Part shown: positions 27,815-41,951 of the stretch, in pieces
Position numbering within the stretch: the first letter of the stretch is position 1
Layout: every line of letters starts with the position of its first letter
Notes under the pieces: generated by a model
Databases searched by the model: none
What the model saw: only the letters and a program-made list of their open reading frames with translations
What the model was told of the DNA's origin: nothing
Translations under genes and position numbers: made by a program
NCBI RefSeq assembly: GCF_009914755.1
Contig: NC_060925.1
DNA length: 64,000 nt
Direction: 5' to 3' (one strand)
From: the human T2T-CHM13v2.0 reference genome, Homo sapiens

Positions 27815-29130
27815 ATAAACCCATTTATCAAAGTTATATTGCATGCAGACACCGTGCTAGACACTGGGGTTAGAGTAATTCTTAAGCTATCACAACCTAT
27901 GCCTTCATGTGCTAATAAAGAAAAAGGGGAGGCCAAAAATTAAGCAACTAGTTATGATAAAATGTGATAAGTCCTATGATAGGAGAAATATGAAATGCTA
28001 TGGGAACACACATTGGTGGGTTCTAACCAAATAAAGGGGTCAAGGAAGAGCTACCAGAGGAAGTAAGAGTTTAAGCTTAAAATCTGAAGATTCAGTAGGT
28101 ATCTTCAGCTGGATGAAATCTTGGCAGAAGGGTCTGGGAAAGAAAGATGAAAAGTATATTCCAGTCAGAAGAATTAGCAATGCAAAGGCATGTAAACAAA
28201 TTAATTACAAAAAGTTTAATAGAGCTGGGGTATAACATTCATGGGGTATTGATAGAAGAGCAAAGAAGAAAGACAGTAGTAGTCACATGATAAAGAACTT
28301 CAAACCCATACTACAGAGAGTGTACCCTAAAGATAATGAAGAACATTTATGTGACTTTAAGTAAAGCAATGGTATGATTTAATGTGTAATTCAGAAATCT
28401 CACCCTGCTCACAGAGGGGAGAAATGGATTATAAAGGGGCAAGACTGGCTGGAAGACTGATTGGGAATCTACAGTAGGAATACAAAGATAGGTGTTGGTA
28501 GGCTGGGCCAGGTGGAAGCTGTGCTGATGAAGAGAAATTGACAGATTTAAGAAATCTGTGGGCGGCAAGATGACATTTCCTGGTGATGGATTCAGTGTGA
28601 GAGGTAATGGAGCCAAAGATGATCCTGATTATTTCTGGCTTAGGCAATGGGGTGAACGGCAGTGTCCTCAACTAATACAAGGAACACTGGAAGAGAAGCA
28701 AGTCAGAGTGTAAAAAAAAGACAATGAATTTAATTTTTGGACTTTTGAGGTTAAGATATCTGTGAGGAATTCAAGTGGAGATATCCAGGAAGCAGCTAGA
28801 TACGTGGACCTAGAATTCAGGAGAGTGGTCTGAGCTAGAGACATAGCTGTAGGAATCAGAAGAATACAGATGGTCACTTTTGAAATGAGAATGAATGGGT
28901 TCACCCAGGGAGGATGTGGAGAAGGAGAGAAGTCCACCTAGGGTTAACGCTGAGGAGCGGCTGATGAGATGGAATACTGCACAGGAATGTGAGGGTAGCC
29001 CTGACAATGAAAAAAACTGTCAGGAAAGCAAGGTGTGGGGAGGAGGAGAATTCTCTGCAACAGGTTCCAAGGTCTTCAATGACTGATAATCTCCAATGTC
29101 CATTGGAATATAGGAGTGGGGGCAGGGGAC
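27815..29130 (-). mobile_element. L2 LINE fragment (~1.3 kb)
   Basis: Characteristic L2 reverse-strand motifs (tgctagacactgggg; caagtggagatatccaggaagcagctagata; tcaggagagtggtctgagctagaga). Confidence 0.8.
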
Positions 29131-29340
29131 AATTAAGACTCTCAGATTTACCTTGAGTTGGATCTGGGATGCAGCAACTATTGTGCAGAAGACAAAAATA
29201 GTCCACTCTTCTTCCAACCCTCTTCCTCCATCTTTTTCATACCATGGGGCCACACAGAAGTCAGGTCAATGTAGCTAGAGGTCTCTGTCCATCAGACATG
29301 TACTGTCCGAGTGCATAAGTGGGATTCCAGCCTCGTCTCA

Positions 29341-29364
29341 CACCACCACCACCACCACCACCAC
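29341..29364. repeat. (CAC)n trinucleotide repeat
   Basis: Seen directly. Confidence 0.9.
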
Positions 29365-29979
29365 TATCTTCACGGTGCTTGTTCCCTCCAAAGTGGAAGA
29401 CACAAATGAAAGGGAACAGAAGAACAGCAGGATGCTCTAGGTAAGCTGCCAGGCAGAAAGCCTCATGTCAACATTCATGGGGCGGGAGCAGATGGCAGAC
29501 CCTATTCATCCCATTATGCTGTGGCCAGAAAACTAAAATACTATCCTCACAGTCCTGTCACAGTATCTTGGATGTTTCAGCACAGAAATTTAAACATGAA
29601 TTTTTCTAAACTTCTATTCCCATCCCTGTGAATAGGCTGGAATGTGGTTAAGAGGGTATGAAAAAGCAGTGATACCTTAATCCTTAAGATGACAAAGGAA
29701 GCTTCGAGGCTGCCCAGGACCAGAGGCCCCTCCCATCCCGGGCCCAGTTGCCTTTGCAGGTGTCTTGCCAGAAGGAGGCCAGACCTTCAAGGAACTCGTG
29801 TGACAGAATGCTCAGTTGGGTTCTTCTTGTTATCTTAGAATTAAAGCCCTATCTGAAAAGAAGACACACTTTAAAGATGGTCACTAACATTTAGGGCCTG
29901 ACACCGCCTTCAGACTTTGTTAAAGGACACCAGAGCCAGCCTTATTACTACTCTCAATCAAAACCACAGCCTTGTTTTC

Positions 29980-30342
29980 TGTATTAGTCCATTTTCACAA
30001 TGCTGATAAAGACATATCTGAGACCGAGTAATTTATAAAGAAAAAGAGATTTAATGGACTCACAGTTCCACGTGGCTGGGGAGGCCTCACAATCATGGTG
30101 GAAGGCAAAAGGCACATCGTACACATGGCAGCAGGTAAGAGAGAATGAGAGCCAAGCAAAAGGGGAAATCCCTTATAAAACCATCAGATCTCGTGAGACT
30201 TATTCACTACCATGAGAACAGTATGAGGGAAACTGCCCCTTTGATTCAATTACCTCCCACCAGTCCCTCCCACAATACATGGGAATTATGGGAGCTATAA
30301 TTCAAGGTGAGATTTGGGTGGTGACACTGCCAAACCATATCA
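29980..30342 (-). mobile_element. THE1B-type solo LTR
   Basis: tgtattagtccattttc...ccaaaccatatca; TSD ttttc/tcttc. Confidence 0.9.
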
Positions 30343-30559
30343 TCTTCCTTCTAGTCCCTCCCCCCAGTGAAATAAGAGGTGAAATTAGAGGATGCTGGAA
30401 GCAGCCTTGGAGTACAATTTTGTGGTCATAGGAGATTTCCACCCACCCCATCTTTTCATTTCCCTAAAAAGAAACATCATTTACAAAAAGGGGGCAATGC
30501 TACAAAAAGCTTACTGGCATCTCACTTCCTTGTTAGATGTTTTCCTGGGCAGCAAACTC

Positions 30560-31115
30560 AATGATCTTATCCTGTACCCAAAAGGCAAGTAGACAGGGAG
30601 TTAGGGAAAGACATCCGGGTGTACTTTAGGGCCTGAAATTCCACGTGATGTCTTGATGTCTTTGAGCCTCACAAGCTTCAAAGGCTCAACCCTGAGTCCC
30701 CTGGCTCTTGCCAGATACATCTCCCACGCAGCAGGAAAGGTTCTCCATCCAGCTTGTTCATCTATTAGTTGGGCTGGCTGCACCCCCAACAGCCCCCAAC
30801 TTAAATCTTCTGCCAGGTTTAAAATTATTCAGACAGGGCAATCTATCTTCCTATGGGAACCAACAGTCACCTCACCCCCTTGCAAATACAAAGCCTTCCT
30901 CCCATAGCCCCTTCTGGTTCACTCTGTTCCTGGGTACAATTCCATGTGGTTCTGCAGGGCATGTGATGTTCTTCTTCCCCAGGATGTGAATCTGTATGAC
31001 TAATAAACTGGAAGTCTCATCTGCCCAGTGCCAAATGTTGTGTTTGGCCATCTTGTACTGTCAAGGGTTAGGATGTTTCTTTCACCAACAAGGTGAAGAG
31101 GTGGTGATCAGAACA
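30560..31115 (+). mobile_element. Old LTR, ERVL-class (MER74/MER54-like)
   Basis: AATAAA at ~31002 and terminus ...ggtgaagaggtggtgatcagaaca. The 5' boundary and family are uncertain. Confidence 0.45.
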
Positions 31116-31119
31116 AAGG

Positions 31120-31952
31120 GTGGAGGTTATCACAAGAACATATGAGTTTCTTGGGATCGAATGGACTCCGCTAAGTGTGTTGGCTTGAGATAACTTGCAG
31201 GTTGTCCACCCAAGGGCAGCCTGCAAGGGGGTCTAGCAGCAAGAGATTGCATGTGTCTCCTGGAGGTGGGGTAGTAGAAGGGGACACGGGCAGGCAACTC
31301 TACATGCCCATGTCAAGGGGCTCTCTGGGAGGCCTTTGTGGGGCCCTCCACAAAACCCATGCATGTGCCAGAGCTGACATTTAGGTCTGCCCCACACAGA
31401 AACCTGTCAATGACAGCCAGAGAAGCCATGGTAACCACTTCTAGGAGACTGCAAACAAGGTTGTTAATTGAATCAGCAGACAGTTTTCTCTGTCCATCTC
31501 CTTACTCACCTCAACACCTCCAGGAAGTATGTCATGATGCAATGGAGAAATTTCAAAGCCAGTCTAGCACTTCCCTCAATCACACTTTCAAAAGCTGCTT
31601 AAGTAGGAGAGGAAGACAGATAAATAGTAGACCCCACCTTTCTCATCCCTGCCCTCAGTACAAATAGCTGGCATAGGAAGAAAATCAAAAGAACAAGCCA
31701 TTATTCCCACTGGTTTTCCTCTCCTGCAAGCTACAAATCTAGCCATTTACAAGGCCAGCAGAGAGAGTTAGGAAAGGGAAATCTCAACTTGTAATAATTG
31801 AAAGAGAAGGAAACATTATGGGATCTGCCCAAAATGGCAGTAAGAGGCAGAAAATAGAAATTTTACAGAGCATGGTTGGAAACAGAAGCTGAACAAAAAA
31901 AACAAACTGTTTATATTCATCCAACTGTGTAAGTGATCAATAAACTGCTTAC
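31120..31952 (+). mobile_element. Very old LTR fragment (LTR78-like)
   Basis: The terminal ...aaactgtttatattcatccaactg...taaactgcttaca resembles LTR78-type ends. Weak call. Confidence 0.35.
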
Positions 31953-33133
31953 ATATAAATAGGATTTTGCAAAATTGTTTAGATCTCAACGGAGCCCATC
32001 TGGTAACATGTAAGAATTTTATTCAACCTTCAGAAGTAAGACCTCTGTACACAATTAGAAATTGTATTAGGTGTGTATGCAGGGGAGTATACTTGCCATT
32101 TAACAGGCATTTGATAAACGTTTGTGGAATTAGCAGAACTGTAATGATGAGGTTAGGCCTTGGCTACAAAGCATAGGGGCATGCTATGAATGAGGTCTGG
32201 GTTTCAACTGGCCTAAAACAAAGCTTTGCTATGTATGCAAGAAGACTTTGCTCTAATTTAGGAGGAAAAGACTTCCTCAACCAGGTTTGTAGGAAAAAGG
32301 GTGCAAGGAGAAAACATTAGATTCCTCTGATTATTTAGTCATGTTCCTTTTCAGATACCTATGTGCCTAGGAGAAAAATAAATCACTTACCCATGTTTCT
32401 TATCTGGCATACCGTTCCCATTCTCTTAATTGTACCCTTCATCCATCCCCAAGCCCTCTCAGCTACCTTGAGACATCTAGTAACAACCACAACCCTCGTA
32501 CCTCTGAAAAACCTTTGAGAACCTAATGCCAAAAGCCAGCAGATAAAGAATGAAGCACCCACCAAGGCAGAGGGCCTGATGTAAGCATTGGGCCTGTCAG
32601 ACCAGGAGCAAGACACAGCTTTCCTCTGTCATCACTGAAGCCCACACCTTCCCGGCCCCCAATTTAGAGGCTGCCCTATGGGGCTTTTAAAGGCAGTGAG
32701 AGAGTGGTTTGATAGCTTTCTTAGAGATATAATTAACATTCACAGTAAGAAGCAAAAACTTGGATTTCTAAATTTAATTCATAGGCATCACAGGACAGTC
32801 CTTATGTAGCTGAAGTAGTGAGATCTAGAGGCCTCAAACCCAGGGAAGGTATTAACTTCTGATTCATGTCAAATTACTGTCTGACCAGTCTTTACTTGAA
32901 GATCCATGTTATTACTGATTTATGGGTGGGTTAATGTTCCTTGGGCCTGGTTCTTTAATCATTCCTTTTCAAGCCTCCTTCCCCTAGGAGAAGAGGAGTA
33001 TAGTAAGGAAAAGAAGAACATAAAGATACATAAAATATGACAATATACAATTACTTATCTACACATACATATATTTAGTCTTATTTTTTATTTTCTGTAA
33101 TGGAAGGACTGACCTATAAGAACTGAAAACATG

Positions 33134-36100
33134 GTTCTGGGCAAGATGGCCGAATAGGAACAGGTCTGGTCTGCAGCTCCCAGTGAGACCAATGCAGAAG
33201 GCAAGAGATTTCTGCATTTCCAACTGAGGTATCCAGTTCATCTCATTGGGGCTGGTTAGACAGTGGGTGCAGCCCACAAAGAGCGAGCAGAAGTAGGGTG
33301 GGGCGTCACCTCATACGTGAAGTGCAAGGGGTAGGGGAACTCCCTCCCCTAGCCGAGGGAAGCTGTGAGGGACTGTGCCGTGAGGGACAGTGCTATCTGG
33401 CCCAGATACTATGCTTTTCTTATGGTTTTGGCAACCTGCAGACCAGGAGATTCCCTTGGATGCCTACACCACCAAGGCCCTGGGTTTCAAGCACAAAACT
33501 GGGTGAACATTTAAGCAGACACCAATCTAGATGCAGGACATTTTTTTCATATCCCCATGGTGCCTGGAACCCCAGAGAGAGAGAACCATTCACTCCCCTG
33601 GAAAGGGAGCTGAAGCCAGGGGGACAAGAGGTCTTGCTCAGCATGTCCTACCCCTGTGGAGCCCAGCAAGCTAAAATAAACTGGCTGGAAATTCTCGCTG
33701 CCAGCAGAGCAGTCTGAAGTCAACCTGGAAAGCTTGAGCTTGGTGCGGGGAGGGGCATCTACCATTACTGAGACTTGAGTAAGCGATTTTCCCCTCACAG
33801 TGTTGAGATAGACAGCAAGTTCAGACTGGGCAGAGCCCATTGCAGCCTGGCAAAGCTTCTGTAGCCAGACTGCCTCTCTAGATTCCTCCTCTCTAGGCAG
33901 GGCATCTATGAAATAAAGACAGCAGCCCCAGTCAGGGGCTTATAGGTAAAACCCCCATCTCCCTGGGACAGAGCACCTGAAGGAAGGGACAACTGTGGGC
34001 ACGCCTCCATCATACTTAAACATCTCTGCCTGCTGGCTTGGAAAAGAGCAGCAGATCTCCCAGCAAGGCGATCAAGCTCTGCTAAGAGACAGACAACCTC
34101 CTCAAGTGGGTCCCTGACCCAGGTGCCTCCTGACTGGGAAACACCTCCCAGCAGAGGTTGACAGGCACCTCATGCAGGAGCGCTCTGGCTGGCATCTGGC
34201 AGGTGTCGCTCTGGGACAAAGCTTCCCGAGGAAGGAACAGGTAGTAATCTTTGCTATTCTGCAGCCTCCACTGGTAATACCCAGGGAAACAGGGCCGGGA
34301 GTGAACCTCCAGTAAACTCCAACAGATCTGCAGCAGAGGGGCCTGATTGTTAGAAGGAAAACTAACAAACACAAAGGAATAGCATCAACATCAACAAAAA
34401 GTACATTCACACAGAAACCCCATCTGAAGGTCACCAACATCAAAGACCAAAGATAGATAAATCCATGAAGATGAGGAAAACCCATCCCAAAAAGGCCGAA
34501 AATTCCAAAAACCAGAAAATCTCTTCTTCTCTGAAGGATCACAACTCCTCACCAGCAAGGAAACAAAACTGGACAAAGAATGAGTGTGAAAAATTGACAG
34601 AAGTAGGCTTCAGAAGGTGTGTAATAAAGTCCTCCAAGCTAAAGGAGCATGTTCTAACCCAATGCAAGGAAGCTAAGAACCTTGAAAAAAGGTTAGAGAA
34701 ATTGCTAGCTAGAATAACCGGTTTAGAGAAGAACATAAATGGCCTGATGGAGCTGAAAAACACAGCACAAGAACTTTGTGAAGCATACATAAGAATCAAT
34801 AGCCGAATCGACCAAGCAGAACAAAGGATACCAGAGATCGAAGATCAACTTAATGAATTAAAGTGTGAAGACAAGATTAGAGAAAAAAGAATGAAAAGGA
34901 ACAAACAAAGCCTCCAAGATATATGGGACTATGTGAAAAGACCAAACTTAGGTTTGATTGCTGTACCTGAAAGTGACGGGGAGAATGGAACCAAGTTGGA
35001 AAACATTCTTCAGGATATCACCCAGAAGAACTTCCCCAGTCTAGAAAGACAGGCCAACATTCGAATTCAGGAAATACAGAGAACTCCACAAAGCTACTTC
35101 TCAAGAAGAGCAACCCCAAGACACATAATCCTCAGATTCACCAAGATTGAAATGAAGGAAAAAATGTTAAGGGCAGCCAGAGAGAAAGGTCGGGTTACCC
35201 ACAAAGGGAAGCCCATCAGACTAACAGCAGATCTCTCAACAGAAACCCTATAAGCCAGAAGAGAGTGGGGGCCAATATTCAACATTCTTAAAGAAAAGAA
35301 TTTTCAACCCAGAATTTCATATCCAGCCAAACTAAGCTCCATAAACGAAGGAGAAATAAAATCCTTTACAGGCAAGCAAATGCTAAGAGATTTTGTCACC
35401 AGCAGGCCTACCTTACAAGAGCTCCTGAAGGAAGCACTAAACATGGAAAGGCACAACTGGTACCAGCCACTGCAAAAACATACCAAATTGTAAAGACCAT
35501 CAACACTACGAAGAAACTGCATCAACTAACAGGAAAAATAAGCAGCTAGCATCATAATGACAGGATCAAATTCACACATAACAATATTAACCTTAAATGT
35601 AACTGGGCTAAATGCCCCAATTAAAAGACACAGATTGGCAAATTGGATAAAGAGTCAAAACCCATCGGTGTGCTTTATTCAGGAGCCCCTTCTCATGTCC
35701 AAAGACACACAAAGGCTCAAAATAATGGGATGGAGGAAGATTCACCAAGCAAATGGAAAGCAAAAAAAAAAAAAAAAAAAAAAAAAAGCAGGGGTTGCAA
35801 TCCTAGTCTCTGATAAAACAGACTTTAAACCAACAAAGATCAAAAGAGACAAAGAAGGGCATTACATAATAGTAAAGGAATCAATGCAACAAGAAGAGCT
35901 AACTATCCTAAATATATATGCACCCAATACAGGAGCGTCCAGATTCATAAAGCAAGTGCTTAGAGACCTACAAAGAGACTTAGACTCCTACACAATAACA
36001 GTGGGAGACTTTAACACACCACTGTCAATATTAGACAGATCAATGAGACAGAAAATTAGCAAGGATATTCAGGACTTGAATTTAGCTCTGGACCAAGCAG

Positions 36101-39100
36101 ACCTAATGGACATCTACAGAACTCTCCACCACACAGATAAACAGAGTATACATTCTTCTCAGCACCACATCACACTTATTCTAAAACTGACCACATAATT
36201 GGAAGTAAAACACTCCTCAGCAAATGCAAAAGAACAGAAATCATAACAAGCAGTCTCTCAGACCACAGTGCAATCAAATTAGAGCTCAGGATTAAGAACC
36301 TCACTCAAAACCACATGACTACGTGGAAACTGAACAAATTGCTCCTGAATGACTACTGGGTACATAAGAAATATTCCCCTTTGAAACCAATAAAAACAAA
36401 GAAACAACATACCAGAATCTCTGGGACACAGCTAAAGCAATGCTTGGAGGGAAATTTATAGCAACACATGCCCACAAAAGAAAGCAGGAAAGATTGAAAA
36501 TCAACACTTCAACATCACAATTAAAAGAACTAGAGAAGCAAGAGCAAACAAATTCAAAAGCTAGCAGAAGACAAGAAATAACTAAGATCAGAGCAGAACT
36601 GAAGGATATAGAGACACATAAAAACCCTTCAAAAAATCAATGAACTAAGGAGCTGTTTTTTTGAAAATATTAACAAAATAGGCTGCTAGCCAGACTAATA
36701 AAGAAGAAAAGAGAGAAGAATCAAATAGACACAATAAAAAAAAGATAAAGGGGATATCACCACTGATCCCACAGAAATACAAACTACCATCAGACAATAC
36801 TATAAACACCTTTATGCAAATAAACTAGAAAATCTAGAAGAAATGGATAAATTCCTGGACACATGCACCCTACCAAGACTAAACCAGGAAGAAGTTGAAT
36901 CCCTGAATAGACCAATAATAAGTTCTGAAATTGAGGCAGTAATTAATAGCCTACCAACCAAAAAAAGCCCAGGACCAGAAGGATTCACAGCCGAATTCTA
37001 TCAGGGCTACAAAGAGGAGCTGGTACCATTCCTTCCAAAACTATTCCAAACAATAGAAAAAGAGAGAATCCTCCCTAACTCATTTTATGAGGCCAGCATC
37101 ACCCTGATACGAAAACCTGGCAGAGACACAACAAAAAAAGAAAATTTCAGGCCAATATCCCTGATGAACATCGATGTGAAAATCTTCAATAAAATACTGG
37201 CAAACCGAATCCAGCAGCACATCAAAAAGCTTATCCAACACAATCAAGTTGGCTTCATCCCTGGGATGCAAGGTTGGTTCAAAATACACAAATCAATAAA
37301 CGTAACCCATCACTTCAACAGAACCGATGACAAAAACCACATGATTATCTAAATAGATGCAGAAAAGACCTTTGGTAAAATTCAACACCCCTGCATGCTA
37401 AAAACACTCAAAAAACTAGGTATTGATGGAACGTATCTCAAAATAATAAGAGCTATTTATGACAAACCCACAGCCAATATCATACTGAATGGGCAAAAGC
37501 TGGAAGCATTCCCTTTGAAAACTGGCACAAAACAAGTATGCCCTTTCTCACCACTCCTATTCAACATAGTATTGGGAGTTCTGGCCAGGGCAATCAGTCA
37601 AGAGAAAAAAAATAATGGGTATTCAAATAGGAAGACAGGAAGTCGAATTGTCTCTGATGACATGATTGTATATCTAGAAAACCCCATTGTATCAGCCCAA
37701 AATCTCCTTAAACTGATAAGCAACTTCAGCAAAGTCTCAGGATACAAAATCAGTGTGCAATAATCACAAACATTCCTATACACCAATAATAGACAAATAG
37801 AGAGCCAAATCATGAGTGAACTCCCATTCACAATTGCTACAAAGAAAATAAAATACCTAGGAATACAACTTACAAGGGACATAAGGGACCTCTTCAAGGA
37901 GAACTACAAACCACTGCTCAAGGAAATAAAAGAGGACACAAACAAATGGAAAAACATTCCATGCTCATGGATAGGAAGAATCAATATTGTGAAAATGGCC
38001 CTACTGCCCAAATATATACACTCAGTGCTATTCCCATCAAGCTACCATTGACTTCCTTCACAGAATTATAAAAAACTACTTTAAATTTCATGTGGAATCA
38101 AAAAAGAGCCCATATAGCCAAGACAATCCTAAGCAAAAAGAACAAAGCTGGAGGCATCACACTACCTGACTTCAAACTATGCTATAAGGCTACAGTAACC
38201 AAAGCAGCATGGTACTGGTACCAAAACAGATATATAGACCAATGGAAAAGAACAGAGGACTCAGAAATAACACCACATGTCTACAACCATCTGATCTTTG
38301 ACAAACCTGACAAAAACAAACAATGGGGAAAGGATTCCCTACTTAATAAATGGTGTTGGGAAAACTGGCTAGCCATATGCAGAAAACAGAAACTGTACCC
38401 TTTCCTCATACCTTATACAAAAATTAACTTGAGATGGATTACAGACTTAAACATAAGACCTAAAACCATGAAAACCCTAGAAGAAAACCTAGGCAATACC
38501 ATTCAGGACATAGGGATGGGCAAAGACTTCATGACTAAAACACCAAAAGCAATGGCAACAAAAGCCAAAATTGACAAGTGGGATCTTAATAAACTAAAGA
38601 GCTTCTGCACAGAAAAATAAACTATCATCAGAGTGAACAGGCAACCTACAGAATGGGAGAAAATTTTTGCAAGTTACCCATCTGAGAAAAGTCTAACATC
38701 CAGAATATACAAAGAACTTAAACGAATTTACAAGAAACTTAAACAAAGGAACTTAAACAAACAAGGAACTTAAACAACTTTACAAGAAAAAATCGAACAA
38801 CCGCATCAAAAATTGAGTGAAGGATATGAACAGACACTTCTCAAAAGAAGACAGTTATGCTGCCAACAAACATATAAATAAAAGCTCATCATCACCGGTC
38901 ATTAGAGAAATGCATATCAAAACCACAATGAGATACCATCTCACACCAGTTAGAACGGCAATCATTAAAAAGTCAGGAAACAACAGATGCTGCAGAGGAT
39001 GTGGAGAAATAGGAACGCTTTTACACTATTGACAGGACTGTAAATTAGTTCAACTATCGTGGAAGACAGTGTGGCAATTCGTCAAGGATGTAAAACTAGA

Positions 39101-39633
39101 AATACCATTTGACCCAGCAATTTCCATTACTAGGTATATACCTGAAGGAGTATAAATCATTCTACTATTCTATGTATGTTTATTGCAGCACTATTCACAA
39201 TAGCCAAGAGTTGGAAGCAACCCAAATGCCCATCAACGATAGACTGGATAAAGAAAATGTGGCACATATACAACATGGAATACTATGCAGCCATAAAAAA
39301 AAGAGTTTATGTCTTTTTCAGGGACATGGATGAAGCTGGAAACCATCATTCTCAGTAAACTAACACAGGAACAGGAAAACAAACACTGCATGTTCTCACT
39401 CATAAGTGGGAGTTGAACAATGAGAACACATGAACACAGGGAGGGGAACATCATGCACTGGGGCCTGTCAGAAGGTGGGGGACAAGGGGAGGGATAGCAT
39501 TAGGAGAAAGATCTAATGTAGGTGATGGGAGGATGGGTGCAGCAAACCACCATGGCACATGTATACCTATGTAAGAAACCTGCATATTCTGCACATGTAT
39601 CCCAGAGCTTAAAGTATAACAAAAAAAAAAAAA
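33134..39633 (+). mobile_element. Full-length (~6.5 kb) inactive L1PA7-type LINE-1
   Basis: Starts ...gcaagatggccgaataggaaca, with a long 5'UTR. ORF1 (~34471-35493) has a TAA at 35251; ORF2 from 35557 is fragmented. The 3'UTR cagcaaaccaccatggcac...tatcccagagc is L1PA7-like. TSD AACTGAAAACATG (33121-33133 / 39634-39646). Confidence 0.93.
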
Positions 39634-40242
39634 AACTGAAAACATGTCTTATTTCTACTATTAATGATGTGGGCTCTGTTTTAATAGGCTAGTGGATTTC
39701 TTCCCAAGGAAATAAAAGGAGCTGGAAGAAGGAGAGGCAAAAAAAAGAGCAAGAAAACGTGGAAGGCTCCCTAGACTGGGATTCATAGAGAAAATATGAT
39801 CCAAAAGAGAAAGCAGTATGCAGATAGTGACAGCCAAGCTGGCCTGGAGAATTATCATAGAGAGTGAGGGGCATTGTTTGAGCCCCTTGGTGCACCCAGA
39901 TACCCTACCAATCAACCATCCAGCCTCCACAAGAATGAAAGCTGCACATGGCCTACAAAGATAATTCCATGTCAAGTGATCTTCCAGTCTTTACCTAGAT
40001 AGAAACTTTGATCCACTTCCACCACTTTTGCACCTGCTGAGCAGAGTAAGATCCAATTCATGCTTTCTAGCTGTGGCAGTGTATTCTACTGTACTCATTT
40101 AATTCATCCCCTGTTAATTAGTTTGGCACTAATCTTTTTCTATGACCAGCAATGCCAAAGTGAATAAACCTCTTCAAATGCCGTCGTATACATGCGCAAG
40201 TATAAAGCAACCTGGATAAATCCTAAACACACAGCACTCAGT

Positions 40243-40266
40243 AAAAAAAAAAAAAAAAAAAAAAAA
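40243..40266. repeat. A24 homopolymer within an old L1M-type fragment
   Basis: Seen directly. The flank gcaacctggataaatcc resembles an L1M 3' region. Confidence 0.8.
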
Positions 40267-40493
40267 GTAAGACAAAATTAAATATAAAACATAAGAATTT
40301 CATAGACCTGAAAATATGTGCATATGAAACCAACAAGTTTCTAGAATATATGTAAAATAGACACATATTAAGTGTAATAGAATGACTTCAGGAAGGTGTA
40401 AGAGAGCTAAATCATCTGTATTATGACAGGAAGTTAATGGATTATTTCAATTTGATAAATCAAGAAGAGAAGTAGTATAGAAATACAGAAATA

Positions 40494-41951
40494 GCTACCT
40501 GACTTCAAACTATACTACAAGGCTACAGTAATCAAAACACCATGGTACTGGCACCAAAACAGAGATATAGACCAAGGGAATAGAACAGAGCCCTCAGAAA
40601 TAATGCTGCATATCTACAACCATCTGATCTTTGACAAACCTGAGAAAAACAAACAATGGGGAAAGGATTCCCTACTTAATAAATGGTGTTGGGAAAACTG
40701 GCTAGCCATATGCAGAAAACAGAAACTGTACCCTTTCCTCACACCTTATACAAAAATTAACTCGAGATGGATTAAAGACTTAAACATAAGACCTAAAACC
40801 GTAAAAAGCCTAGAAGAAAACCTAGGCAATACCATTCAGAACATAGGCATGGGCAAGGACTTCATATCTAAAACACCAAAAGCAATGGCAACAAAGGACA
40901 AAATTGACAAACGGGATCTAAGTAAACTAAAGAGCGTCTGCACAGCAAAAGAAACTACCATCAGAGTGAACAGGCAACCCACAGAATGGGAGAAAATTTT
41001 TATGATCTACTCATCTGACAAAGGGCTGATATCCAGAATCTACAATGAACTCATACAAATTTACAAGAAAAAAACAAACAACCCCATCAAAAAGTGGGCG
41101 AAGGACATGAACAGACACTTCTCAAAAGAAGACATTTATGCAGCCAAAAGACACATGAAAAAATGCTCATCATCACTGGCCATCAGAGAAATGCAAATCA
41201 AAACCACAGTGAGATATCATCTCACACCAGTTAGAATGGCAATCATTAGAAAGTCAGGAAAGAACAGGTGCTGGAGAGGATGTGGAGAAATAGGAACACT
41301 TTTACACTGTTGGTGGGACTGTAAACTAGTTCAACCATTGTGGAAGTCAGTGTGGCGATTCCTCAGGGATCTAGAACTAGAAATACCATTTGACCCAGCC
41401 ATCCCATTACTGGGTATATACCCAAAGGATTATAAATCATGCTGCTATAAAGACACATACACACGTATGTTTATTACGGCACTATTCACAATAGCAAAGA
41501 CTTGGAACCAACCCAAATGTCCAACAGTGATAGACTGGATTAAGAAAATGTGGCACATATACACCATAGAATACTATGCAGCCATAAAAAATGATGAGTT
41601 CATATCCTTTGTAGGGACATGGATGAAGCTGAAAACTATCATTCTCAGCAAATTATCGCAAGGACAAAAAACCAAGCACCGCATGTTCTCACTCATAGGT
41701 GGGAATTGAACAATGAGAACACATGGACACAGGAAAGGGAACATCACACCCCCAGGGCCTGTTGTGGGGTGGGGGGAGGTGGGAAGGATAGCATTTGGAG
41801 ATATACCTAATGTTAAATGACGAGTTACTGGGTGCAGCACACCAACATGGCACATGTATACATACGTAACTAACCTGAATGTTGTGCACATGTACCCTAA
41901 AACTTAAAGTATAATAAATATATATATATATTTATATAATTTAAAGAAAAA
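40494..41951 (+). mobile_element. 5'-truncated L1PA4-like element (ORF2 C-terminus open, 40603-41709)
   Basis: 3'UTR atgttaaatgacgagtta...ccaacatgg, a (TA)-degenerated tail, and TSD agaaata(c/g)agaaata (40479-40493 / 41952-41966). Confidence 0.9.

Noticed and set aside
40603-41709. 368-aa ORF as a domesticated gene
   Set aside because: It is the ORF2 C-terminus of a 5'-truncated L1 with no promoter; an open frame is expected at this age.
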